Numbered from the stretch's first letter, positions 30,183 to 40,432 are shown. The stretch: DNA of 64,000 nt from an uncultured Actinomycetes bacterium (GCA_963732075.1 CAVSYD010000003.1:906518-970517); one strand, 5' to 3'. The notes: generated by a model from the sequence alone, not told the origin. A program made the numbers and translations.

Positions 30183-30783
30183 ATGTTCCTGAACGAGCCC
30201 GAAGCCGATGCGACGGTGCAGGCCGCGCTATGCCGCCAATGCGGACGACGCTGGGTACCTGATGAACTACGCCCACGCGTGGGCGTGGCGGCAGGATGTG
30301 ACCAACGCATTCCTGTCGGCCCGAAAGCTGGCCGCCGGCGCGACCACGCTCTCGGCCGGCGAGATCGCGGTCGTGAACGCGGCGGTGGCCGGTGCGCGCA
30401 AGGACCCGGCGTGCTCGCTCGCGTGGGGGACGAAGCTGGCCGCGCATGTGGGGCCGGCGGTTGCTGCGGATGTGCTCCGCGGGTCGACCGAGGGGTTGAG
30501 CGGCCGCGAGGCCGCGCTCGCCGTGTGGGTGGCCAGGGTGGCGGCCGATCCCACCGCGACCACCACGGCAGATGTGGCCGACCTGCGCGCGGCCGGGTTC
30601 GACGACCGTGAGATCGCCGAGGCGACGATGCTGGCCGTCTTCCGGCTGGCGTTCACCGCCTTCAACAGCGCGCTCGGAGTCGTCACCGACGCCGAACTCG
30701 TGGCCGCCGCCCCGCCGGAGGTACGCCAGGCCGTGGCCTACGGCGACCCGGCGTCGGACGAGTATTCGAACGTCGCCTCGTAG
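30183..30783 (+). CDS. carboxymuconolactone decarboxylase (AhpD-like) family protein; one apparent frameshift near 30230
   Basis: Starts MFLNEPEADATVQAA, then ORF 30208..30783 with two CMD-like halves (LSAGEIAVVNAAVAGARKDPACSLAW; FDDREIAEATMLAVFRLAFTAFN). The 3' end overlaps the convergent DUF1326 gene by 46 nt. Confidence 0.6.
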
Positions 30784-31379
30784 CCGCACCGGCCCGTGTA
30801 GTTGAGGCTGAAGTACTCGTCGTCGACCTCGAGCAACTCCGCCACGACCTCGCGGCCCATGCGGTGATGACCGGGGATGATGCATGACACGGAGGTCTGG
30901 GTCTCGAACGGGCGTGCGATCCGGACGTTGACCGACCCGCCTGCCCGGAACCAGCCCCGGCCGGGTGTGTGATCGATCTCGATGCGGCTTCGGACGACCG
31001 CGAGCAGGTTGCTCGGCTTGAACGCCCATGGAAACTGGCTGAGGGGCGTTCCGCCCAGGCGTCCGGCGAAGATGTCCTCGAGCGCCGAGCGCTGGGCCGG
31101 GTCGGCGCGCTCGTCGACGTGCAGCACCCAGCTCCACGGAGACCCCGCCTCGTCGTCGCTGTACCAGGACACGAGCACGACGCAGAGTGACGAGAGGTCG
31201 ACGCCGCCGACGGCGCCCTCGAGGATCCGCCAGGACAGCGCCCCGGTGCACTCCCCGTAGGTCGAGCGGCCTCCCTGCGCGCCGCCGATGCGACGGCAGG
31301 GACAGATCGCATCGCAGTTGCACACCTCGAGGTAGGTGCCCGAGATCCGCCAGGCTGCGGTGGCAGCCGGCGGGCTCAC
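30738..31379 (-). CDS. DUF1326-family protein
   Basis: Starts at a GTG overlapping the DUF2182 stop (ATGTGA). Shows the family signature WRISGTYLEVCNCDAICPCRR..GECTGALSWRI. The longer ORF 30738..32195 is read-through. Confidence 0.7.
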   Translation of the reverse strand: MSPPAATAAWRISGTYLEVCNCDAICPCRRIGGAQGGRSTYGECTGALSWRILEGAVGGVDLSSLCVVLVSWYSDDEAGSPWSWVLHVDERADPAQRSALEDIFAGRLGGTPLSQFPWAFKPSNLLAVVRSRIEIDHTPGRGWFRAGGSVNVRIARPFETQTSVSCIIPGHHRMGREVVAELLEVDDEYFSLNYTGRCGYEATFEYSSDAGSP

Positions 31380-32131
31380 ATCCCACCCATCGGCATGGGC
31401 GACTCGTGCAGCCCGGGCACGATCCCGGGGTGCCAGAGGGCGAGCAGGCCCAGCACGATCAGGGCGATGCCGGCCGCAACCGCCACCCGCTCCCCATGGC
31501 GCCAGATCTTCTCGAGCGTGATCACGGCCGTGAAGGCGACCATCCAGACCAGGTCCATGACGCCGAGTGCGATCAGTGCGACCATCAGCGACCAGCAGCA
31601 GCCGACGCAATACGCACCGTGGTATGCGCCGGCGCGGACGTGACGCCCCGGCCCGCGAAACGCCCCGACCCGCATGAGGATATGCAGCGGGGAGCGGCAG
31701 AGCGCGAGACAGCGATCCTTGAGCGGGCTGAACTGGTAGATCCCGGCGCCGACGAGGAGCGCCGCTCCGATCCAATCGCCCGTCGATGAGTTGCGCGCTG
31801 CGATGCGCGCAGCCGTGTCGCTGATCAGGAGGGCCAGCACCCCGAATCCCGCCCAGACGATCAGATACCCGGCCCCGAGTCCCGCCGCACGGGCGCTCCG
31901 GCCATGACCCTCGCCCGCATAGAGCACGCCCAGGGGAACGAGCGCCGGCAGCATCATCGCGGCCATCATCACGGTCCAAAGGCTCACGAACGCGGCCGCG
32001 CCCAGGCCCATCGTCCCCGGCGCCGACGACATGCCCACCGTCATGCGAATCACGACCAGCCAGGCGACGGCGGCAACGGCCAGCGTCCCACCGGTCACGC
32101 GAACCGACGCGCCCCGCGTGCGTACCGTCAC
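31376..32131 (-). CDS. DUF2182-family predicted metal-binding integral membrane protein
   Basis: GTG start overlaps the MOSC stop (GTGA). Blocks are WTVMMAAMMLPALVP and CRSPLHIL..GAYCVGCCWSLM. Confidence 0.7.
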   Translation of the reverse strand: MTVRTRGASVRVTGGTLAVAAVAWLVVIRMTVGMSSAPGTMGLGAAAFVSLWTVMMAAMMLPALVPLGVLYAGEGHGRSARAAGLGAGYLIVWAGFGVLALLISDTAARIAARNSSTGDWIGAALLVGAGIYQFSPLKDRCLALCRSPLHILMRVGAFRGPGRHVRAGAYHGAYCVGCCWSLMVALIALGVMDLVWMVAFTAVITLEKIWRHGERVAVAAGIALIVLGLLALWHPGIVPGLHESPMPMGGM

Positions 32132-32910
32132 ACGCCCACGCTCGCCCCGATCGCATCTCCGACGGCAACGCGCCCGGGCGTCGTGACGGCCGCATAGACG
32201 CCGAACGGCAGCGGCTCCGTCCGGCCCTCGCGGCGGTAGCGCGCGAGCGCGCCGAGCGTGTCCAGGTCGCGGGTGCCGAGATCCGGGTCGAGGGTGGTGA
32301 TCACACAGCGGCCGACGTCGCCGCCGACCTCGATCTCGGCCGCTCCCACCCGCACCCGCGAGCCGATCCACTCATCCTCGGCGTGCGCGTCGACCCCGTC
32401 GATCTCAAACAGCATCCGGAACCGGCGGCCGTCGACCGCGGCGGCCGCGCCGGTCTCGGCCCGCAGCCGCTCGAGCGACGCCTGTGAGATCACCGAGACG
32501 GCGCCGCCAACGGCCGCCCGGTCGGCCGCTCCGCACTCCGACCACAGCAGCCGAAGCGGCGCGCCGGCGTGGGCCGACAGCGCCTCCTGCCACGGACCGA
32601 TCACGCTCCGCGAGACGTGCGCAAGTCCGTGCAGCTCCGGTTCGAGCGGGGCGCCGAGCTCGACGACCCCCTCGACGACATCCCCGCCGGGAAACGCCAG
32701 TGACAGGTGGCGGCTGGCCTCGTCCCAGTCCGGCCGCACCTGCATGAGCCGGCCGTGGCGGCGGTTGTTGACCAGCCGCCCGTCCCGGTCCAGGAGCCAG
32801 AAGCGCCGGTCGCCGGCAACACCGTCCCGTTCGAGATCGACCGCTTCCGGATGCACCAGGCCAAGCGCCTTCACCGGGGCGATCGAGATCCGCACCACGC
32901 GCCCGCTCAT
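32128..32910 (-). CDS. MOSC-domain protein (with N-terminal MOSC_N beta-barrel)
   Basis: Intact 260-aa ORF. Blocks are VRISIAPVKALG, DRRFWL, RFRMLFEI and the conserved Cys context GRCVITTLDPD. Confidence 0.75.
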   Translation of the reverse strand: MSGRVVRISIAPVKALGLVHPEAVDLERDGVAGDRRFWLLDRDGRLVNNRRHGRLMQVRPDWDEASRHLSLAFPGGDVVEGVVELGAPLEPELHGLAHVSRSVIGPWQEALSAHAGAPLRLLWSECGAADRAAVGGAVSVISQASLERLRAETGAAAAVDGRRFRMLFEIDGVDAHAEDEWIGSRVRVGAAEIEVGGDVGRCVITTLDPDLGTRDLDTLGALARYRREGRTEPLPFGVYAAVTTPGRVAVGDAIGASVGV

Positions 32911-32949
32911 CGGGTCAGGATACCGGCGCGCTCCGCCGAGGCGGCTTCT

Positions 32950-33405
32950 CTACGAGACCACCCTGGCGACCAGGAAGCCGGCGATGCCGTTGCCGTTGAC
33001 GCTCGTGCCGCTGTCGTTCACGAACGTGTAGAGCCGGCGATGCCGGTAGGTGACCTGGCGGCGGCCGCTGGCGAGGAGGACGGTGCGCAGACCGACGATC
33101 CCCCTGGGGATGGTCTTTCCCCTGGGCATCAGGAGCGGAGGCCAGATGGCGAGGCACGACCCGGCGCAGGGTCCATTCGGGTGCTTGTAGAGGGTGCGGC
33201 CGCCGACGGTTGTCAGGATCTTTCCGAACCCGCCCCGCTTTGCGACCTTGACGACCACCGCCGACGTGCCGGCGGCGGGCCTCGACGCCGCGCGCGCCCC
33301 CGCGGAGAGCATCACGAGCGTGGCGAGCATCGCCAGCGCCGTGAGCGCGATCGCCGCCCACAGCCGGTTCGCCGGCCGAGCGGCCGTTCGTTCAAGATTC
33401 TTCAT
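32950..33405 (-). CDS. secreted protein with two copies of the lipoprotein_15 / COG4315 repeat
   Basis: N-terminal TM/signal is LWAAIALTALAMLATLVMLSAGARA. The repeats are GGRTLYKHPNGPCAGSCLAIWPP and GRRQVTYRHRRLYTFVND. Confidence 0.6.
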   Translation of the reverse strand: MKNLERTAARPANRLWAAIALTALAMLATLVMLSAGARAASRPAAGTSAVVVKVAKRGGFGKILTTVGGRTLYKHPNGPCAGSCLAIWPPLLMPRGKTIPRGIVGLRTVLLASGRRQVTYRHRRLYTFVNDSGTSVNGNGIAGFLVARVVS

Positions 33406-33524
33406 CGTCGCCCCCTGTCGGTCGTGTCATCCACTTCGAGTACGGATGCCTACGCCCGCCGCGACGGCGCGGACTGCGCGAGTGTGACGGGGCTCACCGG
33501 TCGCCGTGTCGGCAACAATGGGCC

Positions 33525-33962
33525 ATGGCAGATCGCCCGCAGCCGCCGCCCGACCTCGCCGAGCGCCTGCTCGCCGTGCGCCCCCGGTTGCTCGAGGTGC
33601 ACCGCGAGCTGCTCGCGGCCGAGCGCGCCGACATGGAGCGCTACCAGGGCCGGTTGAGCGGCGCCGAGTTCCTCCAGATCGTCACCGACAGCCCGCGGGT
33701 GGCGTGGCTCGGCCCGCTCTCGGAGCTCATCGTTGCGATCGACGAGGCGCTCGAGGCCGAGGATGACGAGCCCGACGATGCACCCGCGGCGGACGCCGGG
33801 GCGCTCATCGACCGGGCCCGGGCGCTGGTGGCACCGCCCGACGACACGACGCCGTTCGGCCGCCGTTACCTCATCATGCTGCAGCTGCACCCGGGCATCG
33901 TGATGGCCCACAGCGCGCTCGTGAAGGAGCTCGCCGCGAGCCCCACCGCCCCTGACGGCTGA
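33525..33962 (+). CDS. hypothetical protein
   Basis: Intact 145-aa ORF with coding-like composition and an acidic linker (EALEAEDDEPDDAP). No family recognised. Confidence 0.45.
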   Translation: MADRPQPPPDLAERLLAVRPRLLEVHRELLAAERADMERYQGRLSGAEFLQIVTDSPRVAWLGPLSELIVAIDEALEAEDDEPDDAPAADAGALIDRARALVAPPDDTTPFGRRYLIMLQLHPGIVMAHSALVKELAASPTAPDG

Positions 33963-33974
33963 TAGCCTGCCGGT

Positions 33975-34313
33975 GTGGGCCTCGACGTGCTCATCACCGG
34001 GTTTCAGCTCTCCGGCGTGTTCGCGGTCGCGCTCCTGTGGTGGGCGCTTCGGGACACGCTCTCCGCGCCGCCCGGAGGCGACGCGCCCGGCGGTGGCTGG
34101 CAGGATGGCGGCTCCGACCGCGTGACGCCGCCGTGGTCGTGGCATGACCGCCACCGTCCGTCCGGGCCCCCGCGCGGGCACCCCGGCAACGGATCGCCCG
34201 CGCCGGTCGCGCCGCGCCTCCCCGCAGCGGTGACCCCGCACCCCCCTTCCGGGGGACGTTCCACAGCGTTCGGGACTGGAAAAATCCCCGCTCACGCTGG
34301 AAAAACGCCCTAG
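33975..34313 (+). CDS. hypothetical membrane protein (one TM, Pro/Gly-rich tail)
   Basis: GTG start and TM FQLSGVFAVALLWWAL. The low-complexity tail makes this a weak call. Confidence 0.25.
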   Translation: MGLDVLITGFQLSGVFAVALLWWALRDTLSAPPGGDAPGGGWQDGGSDRVTPPWSWHDRHRPSGPPRGHPGNGSPAPVAPRLPAAVTPHPPSGGRSTAFGTGKIPAHAGKTP

Positions 34314-34322
34314 GAGGTCTTC

Positions 34323-34538
34323 ATGCCAAGCCACCGCATCACCCCGGTCGACTCTCAGCCGCTGCACCACGCGCGCGACGTCGCCCGGGAAGGCGTTCGC
34401 GCCCTCACGGGTACGGCGGCGAAATTCCTCAACATGGACGAGCGCGACGCCGGCGACCCGCCGCGGCGGGCGCCGCTCGAGGCATGGCTGGCCGCCGGTT
34501 GCGTCGTCGTGGTGCTCTGGGCGGTGGGGTGGCTGTAA
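34323..34538 (+). CDS. small hypothetical tail-anchored membrane protein
   Basis: AGGAGG lies 6 nt upstream of the ATG. 71 aa with C-terminal TM LAAGCVVVVLWAVGWL*. Confidence 0.4.
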   Translation: MPSHRITPVDSQPLHHARDVAREGVRALTGTAAKFLNMDERDAGDPPRRAPLEAWLAAGCVVVVLWAVGWL

Positions 34539-34562
34539 GGGGCTGTGGGATGATGACGGCGG

Positions 34563-35481
34563 ATGCGCGACCTCGATCTGCTCGTCGTGGGCGATTGCAA
34601 TCCCGACCTGGTGCTGGCGGGGGCGCGGGTGCGACCGGAGTTCGGGCAGGGCGAGACGTGGGTCGACCACGCCGAGCTCGTGGTCGGCGGAACGAGCTCG
34701 ATCACCGCGTGCGGTGCGGCCCGGCTCGGGCTGCGAACGGCGATGGCCGCGGTCGTCGGCGACGACCGCTTCGGGCGCTTCATGCTCGACGAGCTCCAGG
34801 CGTGCGGGGTGGACACCGGCCCCACCGTCGTTGACGGGACGCGGCCGACTGGCCTCTCCACCGTCCTCGTCGAGCCCGGCGACCGGGCGACGCTGACGTT
34901 CCGGGGGACGATCGGCGCCCTCGAGGCGGGCATGGTCAGCGACAGCCTCCTGGCCCGCGCCCGCCACGTCCACACCGGTGGCTGGTTCCTGCAGGGCGCC
35001 TCGGCCGCCACCGCGGACATCCTGCGCCGCGCGCGCGCGGCCGGGGCGACGACGTCGCTCGACCCCGGCGCCGATCCCGACGGCGAGTGGGACGGCGGCC
35101 TGACCGCGATCCTGCCCGAGATCGACCATCTGCTCCCCAACGCGGCCGAGGCCCTGGCGCTGACCGGGCTCTACGACGTCGAGGCTGCCGCCCGCCGGCT
35201 GGCCGCCGGCGGCACCAGTGCGGTCGTCAAGTGCGGCCCGCGAGGGCGTGCTGGCGGTCGTGGACGGCTCGCCCGTGCGGGCGCCCGCCCTCGACGTCGA
35301 GGTGGTGGACACGATCGGCGCCGGCGACAGCACGAACGCCGGCTGGCTGGCCGGGGTGCTGAACGGCTGGCCTGCCGAACGCGCCGTCCGCCTGGCCGCG
35401 ATCTGCGGATCGCTCTCGACCCGGGCCCGGGGCGGCACCGCCGCACAGCCGACGCTCGCCGAGGCGCTCGCCCTGCTGTGA
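34563..35481 (+). CDS. PfkB-family carbohydrate kinase; one apparent frameshift near 35240
   Basis: Starts DLLVVGDCNPDLVL..GGTSSITACGAARLG. The C-terminus lies in ORF 35218..35481 with the nucleotide-binding motif DTIGAGDSTNAGW. As sequenced it reads through into the next kinase as a 603-aa ORF. Confidence 0.8.
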
Positions 35482-36374
35482 TCGTCTGCGCCGCGGCGAA
35501 CCCGTCGATCGACCGGCTCTTCGAGGTCGAGGAGCTGCGCGTGGGCGGGGTGCACCGCCCTGCGCATCAGGCGCAGGTGGCCGGCGGCAAGGGGCTGAAC
35601 GCCGCCCGCGCGGTCGCCACCCTGGGCGCGGACGTGCGGGTGGTCGCGATCCTGGCCGGACATGCCGGGCGCTGGCTCGAGCACGAGCTCGAGCGGGAGG
35701 GCATCCCCCTCGAGCCGGTCTGGGTGGACGGCGAGTCGCGATCGTCGCTCTCGGTCGCCGACCGGGCCGGCACGGGCCTCACCGAGTTCTACGAGCGCGG
35801 AGTCACGATCACCAACGACGGATGGCGGCAGTTCGCGGACGCGGCGTCGCGGCTGGCGCGCGCGGCCACCTGGCTGACGGTCTCGGGCTCGCTCCCTCCG
35901 GGTGCTCCCGCCGACGGCTACCGCATGCTCGACCCCGCGTGTCCCGTCGCGGCCGACACCATCGAGACGCGGCCCGCTCCGGTCGCCCTGACCAAGGTGA
36001 ACGCGACCGAGGCGGCCGGCCTCACCGGCGTCCGGACGGACACGCCCGAGGGCGCGCTCGCCGCGGCGCGGCAGCTGAGCGACGGCGACGGCGCAGGCGC
36101 GGTCACCCGGGGGCCGGAGGGCGCGGTGCTCGTGACGTCCGACGGCTCCGCCCTGGCCGGCACGCTGGACGCGCCCGGCCCCTATCCCGTCGGCAGCGGC
36201 GACTCGTTCCTGGCCGGACTGGTCGTCGCGCGCGCGGCCGGCGCGGCCTGGGAGGACGCGCTCGCGCTGGCGCTCGGGGCGGCCGCGGCCAACGCCGCCG
36301 TGCCCGGAGCCGGCCGCTTCGCGCGCACCGACGCCGAGCGGCTGGCGGAACGGGCGGTCGTCACCCGCGTGTGA
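35478..36374 (+). CDS. 1-phosphofructokinase / tagatose-6-phosphate kinase family (FruK/LacC-type PfkB) kinase
   Basis: GTG overlaps the preceding TGA (GTGA). Blocks are ANPSIDRLFEV, VAGGKGLNAARAV and PVGSGDSFLAGL. Confidence 0.8.
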   Translation: MIVCAAANPSIDRLFEVEELRVGGVHRPAHQAQVAGGKGLNAARAVATLGADVRVVAILAGHAGRWLEHELEREGIPLEPVWVDGESRSSLSVADRAGTGLTEFYERGVTITNDGWRQFADAASRLARAATWLTVSGSLPPGAPADGYRMLDPACPVAADTIETRPAPVALTKVNATEAAGLTGVRTDTPEGALAAARQLSDGDGAGAVTRGPEGAVLVTSDGSALAGTLDAPGPYPVGSGDSFLAGLVVARAAGAAWEDALALALGAAAANAAVPGAGRFARTDAERLAERAVVTRV

Positions 36375-37428
36375 TCGCGTCGCCGCTCGCGGCGTCGAAC
36401 ACGTGGGTGGCGCCGGGATCGAACGCGAGCCGCAGCGGCTCGCCCGGGGTCGGCCGGGCGGTCGCATCGAGCCGCGCCGTCAGCGGGACGGAGACGCCGG
36501 GAAGCGATCCGTGGACGATCACCTCGCTCCCCAGCGGCTCGACGATGTCGACCACCATCTCGAGCTCGGGATGAGCGTCGCCGGCACCGGGGGCCATCAG
36601 CCGCTCGGGCCGCACGCCGAGCACGACCTCGCCGTCGGGGGCACCCGGCATCGGCATCGTCACCGTGCCCGCCGTCAGGACGCCCCCGCGCACGCTCGCC
36701 GGGAGCAGGTTCATCGGCGGGCTGCCGATGAAGCCGGCGACGAAGAGGTTGGCGGGCCGGTCGTACAGGTCCTGCGGCACGCCGAGCTGCTGGATGCGGC
36801 CGTCGGCCATGACGGCGATCCGGTCGCCCAGGGTCATCGCCTCGACCTGATCGTGCGTGACGTAGATCGACGTCGTCGGCACGAGCTGGTGAATCCGCTT
36901 GAGCTCCGCGCGCAGCTGTGTCCGCAGCTTGGCGTCGAGGTTGGACAGCGGCTCGTCCAGCAGAAACGCCTGGGGATGGCGGGCGAGCGCCCGGCCCATC
37001 GCCACCCGCTGGCGCTGGCCGCCCGAGAGCTGGGCCGGCTTGCGCTTGAGCAGGTCGCCGAGCTCGAGCAGCGCGCTCACCTCCTTCACGCGCGCGTCGA
37101 TCTCGGCCCGCGGCATCCGCCGCTGCCGCAGCCCGAAGCCGATGTTGCGCTCGACGCTCATGTGCGGATAGAGCGCGTAGTTCTGGAACACCATCGCGAT
37201 GTCGCGCCGCCCCGGCTGCTCGTCGTTGACGACCCTCGTGCCGATCACGATCTCGCCCTCGCTCGGCTTCTCGAGTCCCGCCACCATCCGCAGCGCGGTG
37301 GTCTTGCCGCACCCCGACGGCCCGACCAGCACCATGAACTCGCCGTCGGCGATGGTGAGCGACAGCGCATCCACCGCGACCACGTCGCCGAATCGCTTGG
37401 TCACTGCCCGGAACTCGACCTCCGCCAC
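36361..37428 (-). CDS. sugar ABC transporter ATP-binding protein (MalK/UgpC/MsiK type)
   Basis: Intact 355-aa ORF with Walker A GPSGCGKTT, signature LSGGQRQRVAMGRAL, Walker B FLLDEPLSNLD and a C-terminal TOBE-like domain. Confidence 0.9.
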   Translation of the reverse strand: MAEVEFRAVTKRFGDVVAVDALSLTIADGEFMVLVGPSGCGKTTALRMVAGLEKPSEGEIVIGTRVVNDEQPGRRDIAMVFQNYALYPHMSVERNIGFGLRQRRMPRAEIDARVKEVSALLELGDLLKRKPAQLSGGQRQRVAMGRALARHPQAFLLDEPLSNLDAKLRTQLRAELKRIHQLVPTTSIYVTHDQVEAMTLGDRIAVMADGRIQQLGVPQDLYDRPANLFVAGFIGSPPMNLLPASVRGGVLTAGTVTMPMPGAPDGEVVLGVRPERLMAPGAGDAHPELEMVVDIVEPLGSEVIVHGSLPGVSVPLTARLDATARPTPGEPLRLAFDPGATHVFDAASGDAITRG

Positions 37429-37431
37429 GGG

Positions 37432-38262
37432 TCAGCCCTTCACGCCGGACGCGGCGATCGAGCGGACGAACGACCGCTGGGTGAGCAGGAACGCCGCGAG
37501 CATCGGCAGAAGGGCGAGCGTGTTGCCCGCCATCAGGATCGTCCACTGGGTCTGGTGCGCCCCCTGGAATGTGGACAGGCCCACCTGCAGGGTCATGTGG
37601 CTCTCGGTGTTGATCGCCACCAGCGGCCACAGGAAGTCGTTCCACGTCCAGAGCAGCGTGATCAGGGCGAGCGTCGAGAGCGCCGGGCCCGACAGCGGCA
37701 GCACGATCTTGGCCAGCACGCCGAGCCGGCTGCAGCCGTCGATCCGGGCCGCCTCCTCGAGCTCCACCGGGAGCGTGCGGAAGAACTGGCGCAGCATGAA
37801 GATGCCGAACGCACTCGCGAGGTTGGGAACGATCAGCGCGCTGATGTTGTCGATGAGCCCGAGGTGGCGGACGATCAGGAAGGTCGGGATCAGGATGACC
37901 TGGAACGGCACCATCAGCGTGGCGAGGAGCGCGATGAAGAGGATGTTGCTGCCCGCGAACCGCATGCGGGCGAAGGCGTAGGCGGCGAGGCTGCAGAAGA
38001 CGAGGTTCGAGATGACGACGACCGCCGAGACGATGACCGAGTTCAGGTACCAGGCGCCGAAGGGCGCCGAGTCGACGGCGGCGGTGTAGTTCTGCCAGTG
38101 GATGCCCGCGGGGATCAGCACGGGCGGGAAGTGGCGGGCCTCGTCCGGGGTCTCGATCGAGGTGATCACCATCCAGACGAGCGGCGCCGCCATGATCAGC
38201 GCGACCGGCGCCAGGAACAGGTGCCGCGGGCTGGGCCACCGGTGGGGTCGCAGGGCGGTCAC
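37432..38262 (-). CDS. carbohydrate ABC transporter permease (MalG/BPD_transp_1 type)
   Basis: GTG overlaps the upstream stop (GTGA). EAA loop is ELEEAARIDGCSRLGVLAKIVLPLSGPAL. Confidence 0.9.
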   Translation of the reverse strand: MTALRPHRWPSPRHLFLAPVALIMAAPLVWMVITSIETPDEARHFPPVLIPAGIHWQNYTAAVDSAPFGAWYLNSVIVSAVVVISNLVFCSLAAYAFARMRFAGSNILFIALLATLMVPFQVILIPTFLIVRHLGLIDNISALIVPNLASAFGIFMLRQFFRTLPVELEEAARIDGCSRLGVLAKIVLPLSGPALSTLALITLLWTWNDFLWPLVAINTESHMTLQVGLSTFQGAHQTQWTILMAGNTLALLPMLAAFLLTQRSFVRSIAASGVKG

Positions 38263-39138
38263 GAGGTGTAGTGCACCGTGCGCCGGCTGATCAGGAGCTG
38301 GACCACCGTCACGACCAGGGTGGCCAGGAAGAGCACATAGGCGATGGCCGCCGCGTACCCGGCGTTGAAGTACTGGAACGCCTGCTGCCACAGGTAATAG
38401 ACGATGACGGTGGTGGACTCGAGCGGCCCGCCGCGGGTGGTGTTGTAGATCTCGTCGAAGAGCTGCAGCGCGTTGATCGTCGACCACACGATCAAGAAGA
38501 GCGTGGCCGGCCCGAGCAGCGGCAGGACGACCGAGCGAAACGTCGCCCACCGGCCGGCGCCGTCGATCGCGGCCGCCTCGAGCAGCTCCTGCGGGATCCC
38601 CTGCAGCGCCGCCAGGTAGATGATGACGTCGAACCCGATCCAGCCCCAGACGGTCATCGCGACGATCGAATAGAGCGCCTGGTCGGGGTCCTGGAAGAAC
38701 CCCTGCGACGCGATGCCGACCTCGTTCAGGGCCCAGTTTGCGATCCCGTAGGTCGGGTCGAACACCCAGTTGAAGACGATCGCCGTCGCCACGGTCGAGA
38801 CGGCAACGGGGACGAAGACGGCCGTCCGGTAGAACGAGATTCCGCGGATGCGCGTGTTCAGCGCGACCGCGACACCCAGCGCGAGCCCGATCGAGATCGG
38901 GACGAAGAGCACGGTGTAGACGATCGTGTTGCGGATCGACTTGCGGAACTCCGGGTCGTGCCGGAGCGCCTGGTAGTTCGCGATCCCGACCCAGTGCGGG
39001 GCCGACAGCAGGTCGTTGTGCTGGAACGAGAGCAGCAACGACCACCCGATCGGCAGCAGCCCGAACACGAACAGCAGGATGGCCGCGGGCGCGACGAACA
39101 GCCAGCCGGTTGATGTGGTCGGACCGCAGCAGCCGCAT
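38259..39138 (-). CDS. carbohydrate ABC transporter permease (MalF type); one apparent frameshift near 39095
   Basis: EAA loop is ELLEAAAIDGAGRWATFRSVVLPLLGPA. The N-terminus MRLLRSDHINRLA lies in another frame. Confidence 0.85.
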
Positions 39139-39146
39139 GGGCTGAG

Positions 39147-40432
39147 CTACGGGGTGGCCAGGATCGCGTTCACCTGGGACGCGGCCTGGTCAAGCGCCTG
39201 CTGTGGCTGCGCCTTCCCCAGCAGCACGGCCTGGATCGCCTGCCCGATGCGCGGTCGAGATCTTCGGGTAGAGCGGGGTCACGGGGCGCACCTTGAGCGC
39301 GTTCGACAGGTTGTGGACGAACGTCGCGACCCCGCGGTACTTGGCGATGTACTCGGCGTAGCCGGGCAGCTTCAGGTCGGAGCTTCGGATCGGCAGGTCG
39401 CCCGTCCGCAGCGACCACTCCAGGCTGCGCTGCGGGCTCGTGAACCACGACATGAACGTGAACGCGGCCTTCGCCCGGGCGGAGCCGTTGTTGAAGAGCA
39501 CCCAGTTGTCGGGCCCCGAGATGGTCTGGTGGTTCAGGTCGGCGGGCAGGATCTGGACGCCGAAGTCGACGTTGGGGAATCCGGACAGGTCCCACGGACC
39601 GGTGTAGAGCATGCCGATATGGCCCGAGTTGAACAGGTTGGCGTACAGGTCGTTTCCGCTGTCCAGGTAGACCGACTTGTCCTGCACGGCCATCTGCTGG
39701 AGCAGCGTGAGCGCCTTGACGCCCGGCCGGCGAGTTGAACGCGGCGTGCTTGCCATCGGCGGTCAGGATGTTGCCGCCGGCCTGCCACAGCAGCGCCTCG
39801 AACCGCCACACCGTGTCCTCGCTGCCGTCGTTCACATACGCCCACCCGAACTGCTTCTTGGCCGGGTCGGTCAGCTTCTGGGCGGCGGCGCGCAGGTCCT
39901 GCCACGTCCAGTTCGCCGTCGGGAACGGGATGCCGGCCGCGCGGAAGAGCTTCTTGTTGTAGACGAGCGCAAGGTTGTCCACCAGCGCGGGTATGCCCAC
40001 GATGCGGCCGTTGACCGTCGCCACCTGGCGCTCGGACGGCCAGAAGTCGTTCCAGTGGAAGTTCGGATCCGCCTTGATGTAGCTGTTGAGCGTGAGCGTC
40101 TTTGGGCTCTGGGCGATGTTCGCCGCCCAGGATCCGTACAGGTAGGCGATGTCGGGCGGGCTGCCTCCGGCGATCGACGTCAGCACCTTCTGCAGGGCGT
40201 AGTCGGAGTTGCCGTAGTACTGGGCGGTGACGTGGATCGTGGGATGGCCGGCGTTGAACTGCGCGACCATCGTCTTCATCGCCTTGCCCTCGGTGTCGAC
40301 GTAGCCGTGCCAGAGCGTGATGTTCGTGACCCCGCCGGACGACGACCCCGACGACGAGCCTCCGCAGCCGGCGCCTGTCACGAGCAGGGCGGCAAGGGCG
40401 GCGAACGCGAACAGGTTGCGCACGGATCTCAT
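39147..40432 (-). CDS. ABC transporter extracellular sugar-binding lipoprotein; 2 apparent frameshifts (near 39740 and 39230)
   Basis: Lipobox LAALLVTGAGCGGSSSGSSSG, then LWHGYVDTEG. The middle lies in ORF 39190..39756 (MLYTGPWDLSGF). The tail IGQAIQAVLLGKAQPQQALDQAASQVNAILATP* lies in a third frame. Confidence 0.85.

Noticed and set aside
29689-31386. 565-aa minus ORF spanning the SEC-C, CMD and DUF1326 region
   Set aside because: It has low-complexity Arg/Gly/Pro composition. It overlaps three genes with real motifs in other frames or on the other strand.
34563-36374. Single 603-aa ORF that would be a double PfkB kinase fusion
   Set aside because: The central 80 or so residues in this frame are Arg-rich junk. 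The true C-terminus of kinase 1 (DTIGAGDS...LALL*) lies in the +1 frame and ends at 35481, overlapping the GTG of kinase 2. The fusion is an artefact of one frame change.
33450-36467. 1005-aa minus-strand ORF, the longest ORF in the window
   Set aside because: It is Arg/Ala/Gly/Pro-rich with no recognisable motifs. It lies antisense to two PfkB kinases and several plus-strand genes that carry clear family motifs. This is a typical shadow ORF of high-GC DNA.
36182-38271. Long ORFs 36182..38239 (-) and 36403..38271 (+) across the ABC transporter genes
   Set aside because: These are alternative-frame or antisense read-throughs of the ATPase and permease genes, which have canonical Walker and EAA motifs in another frame.
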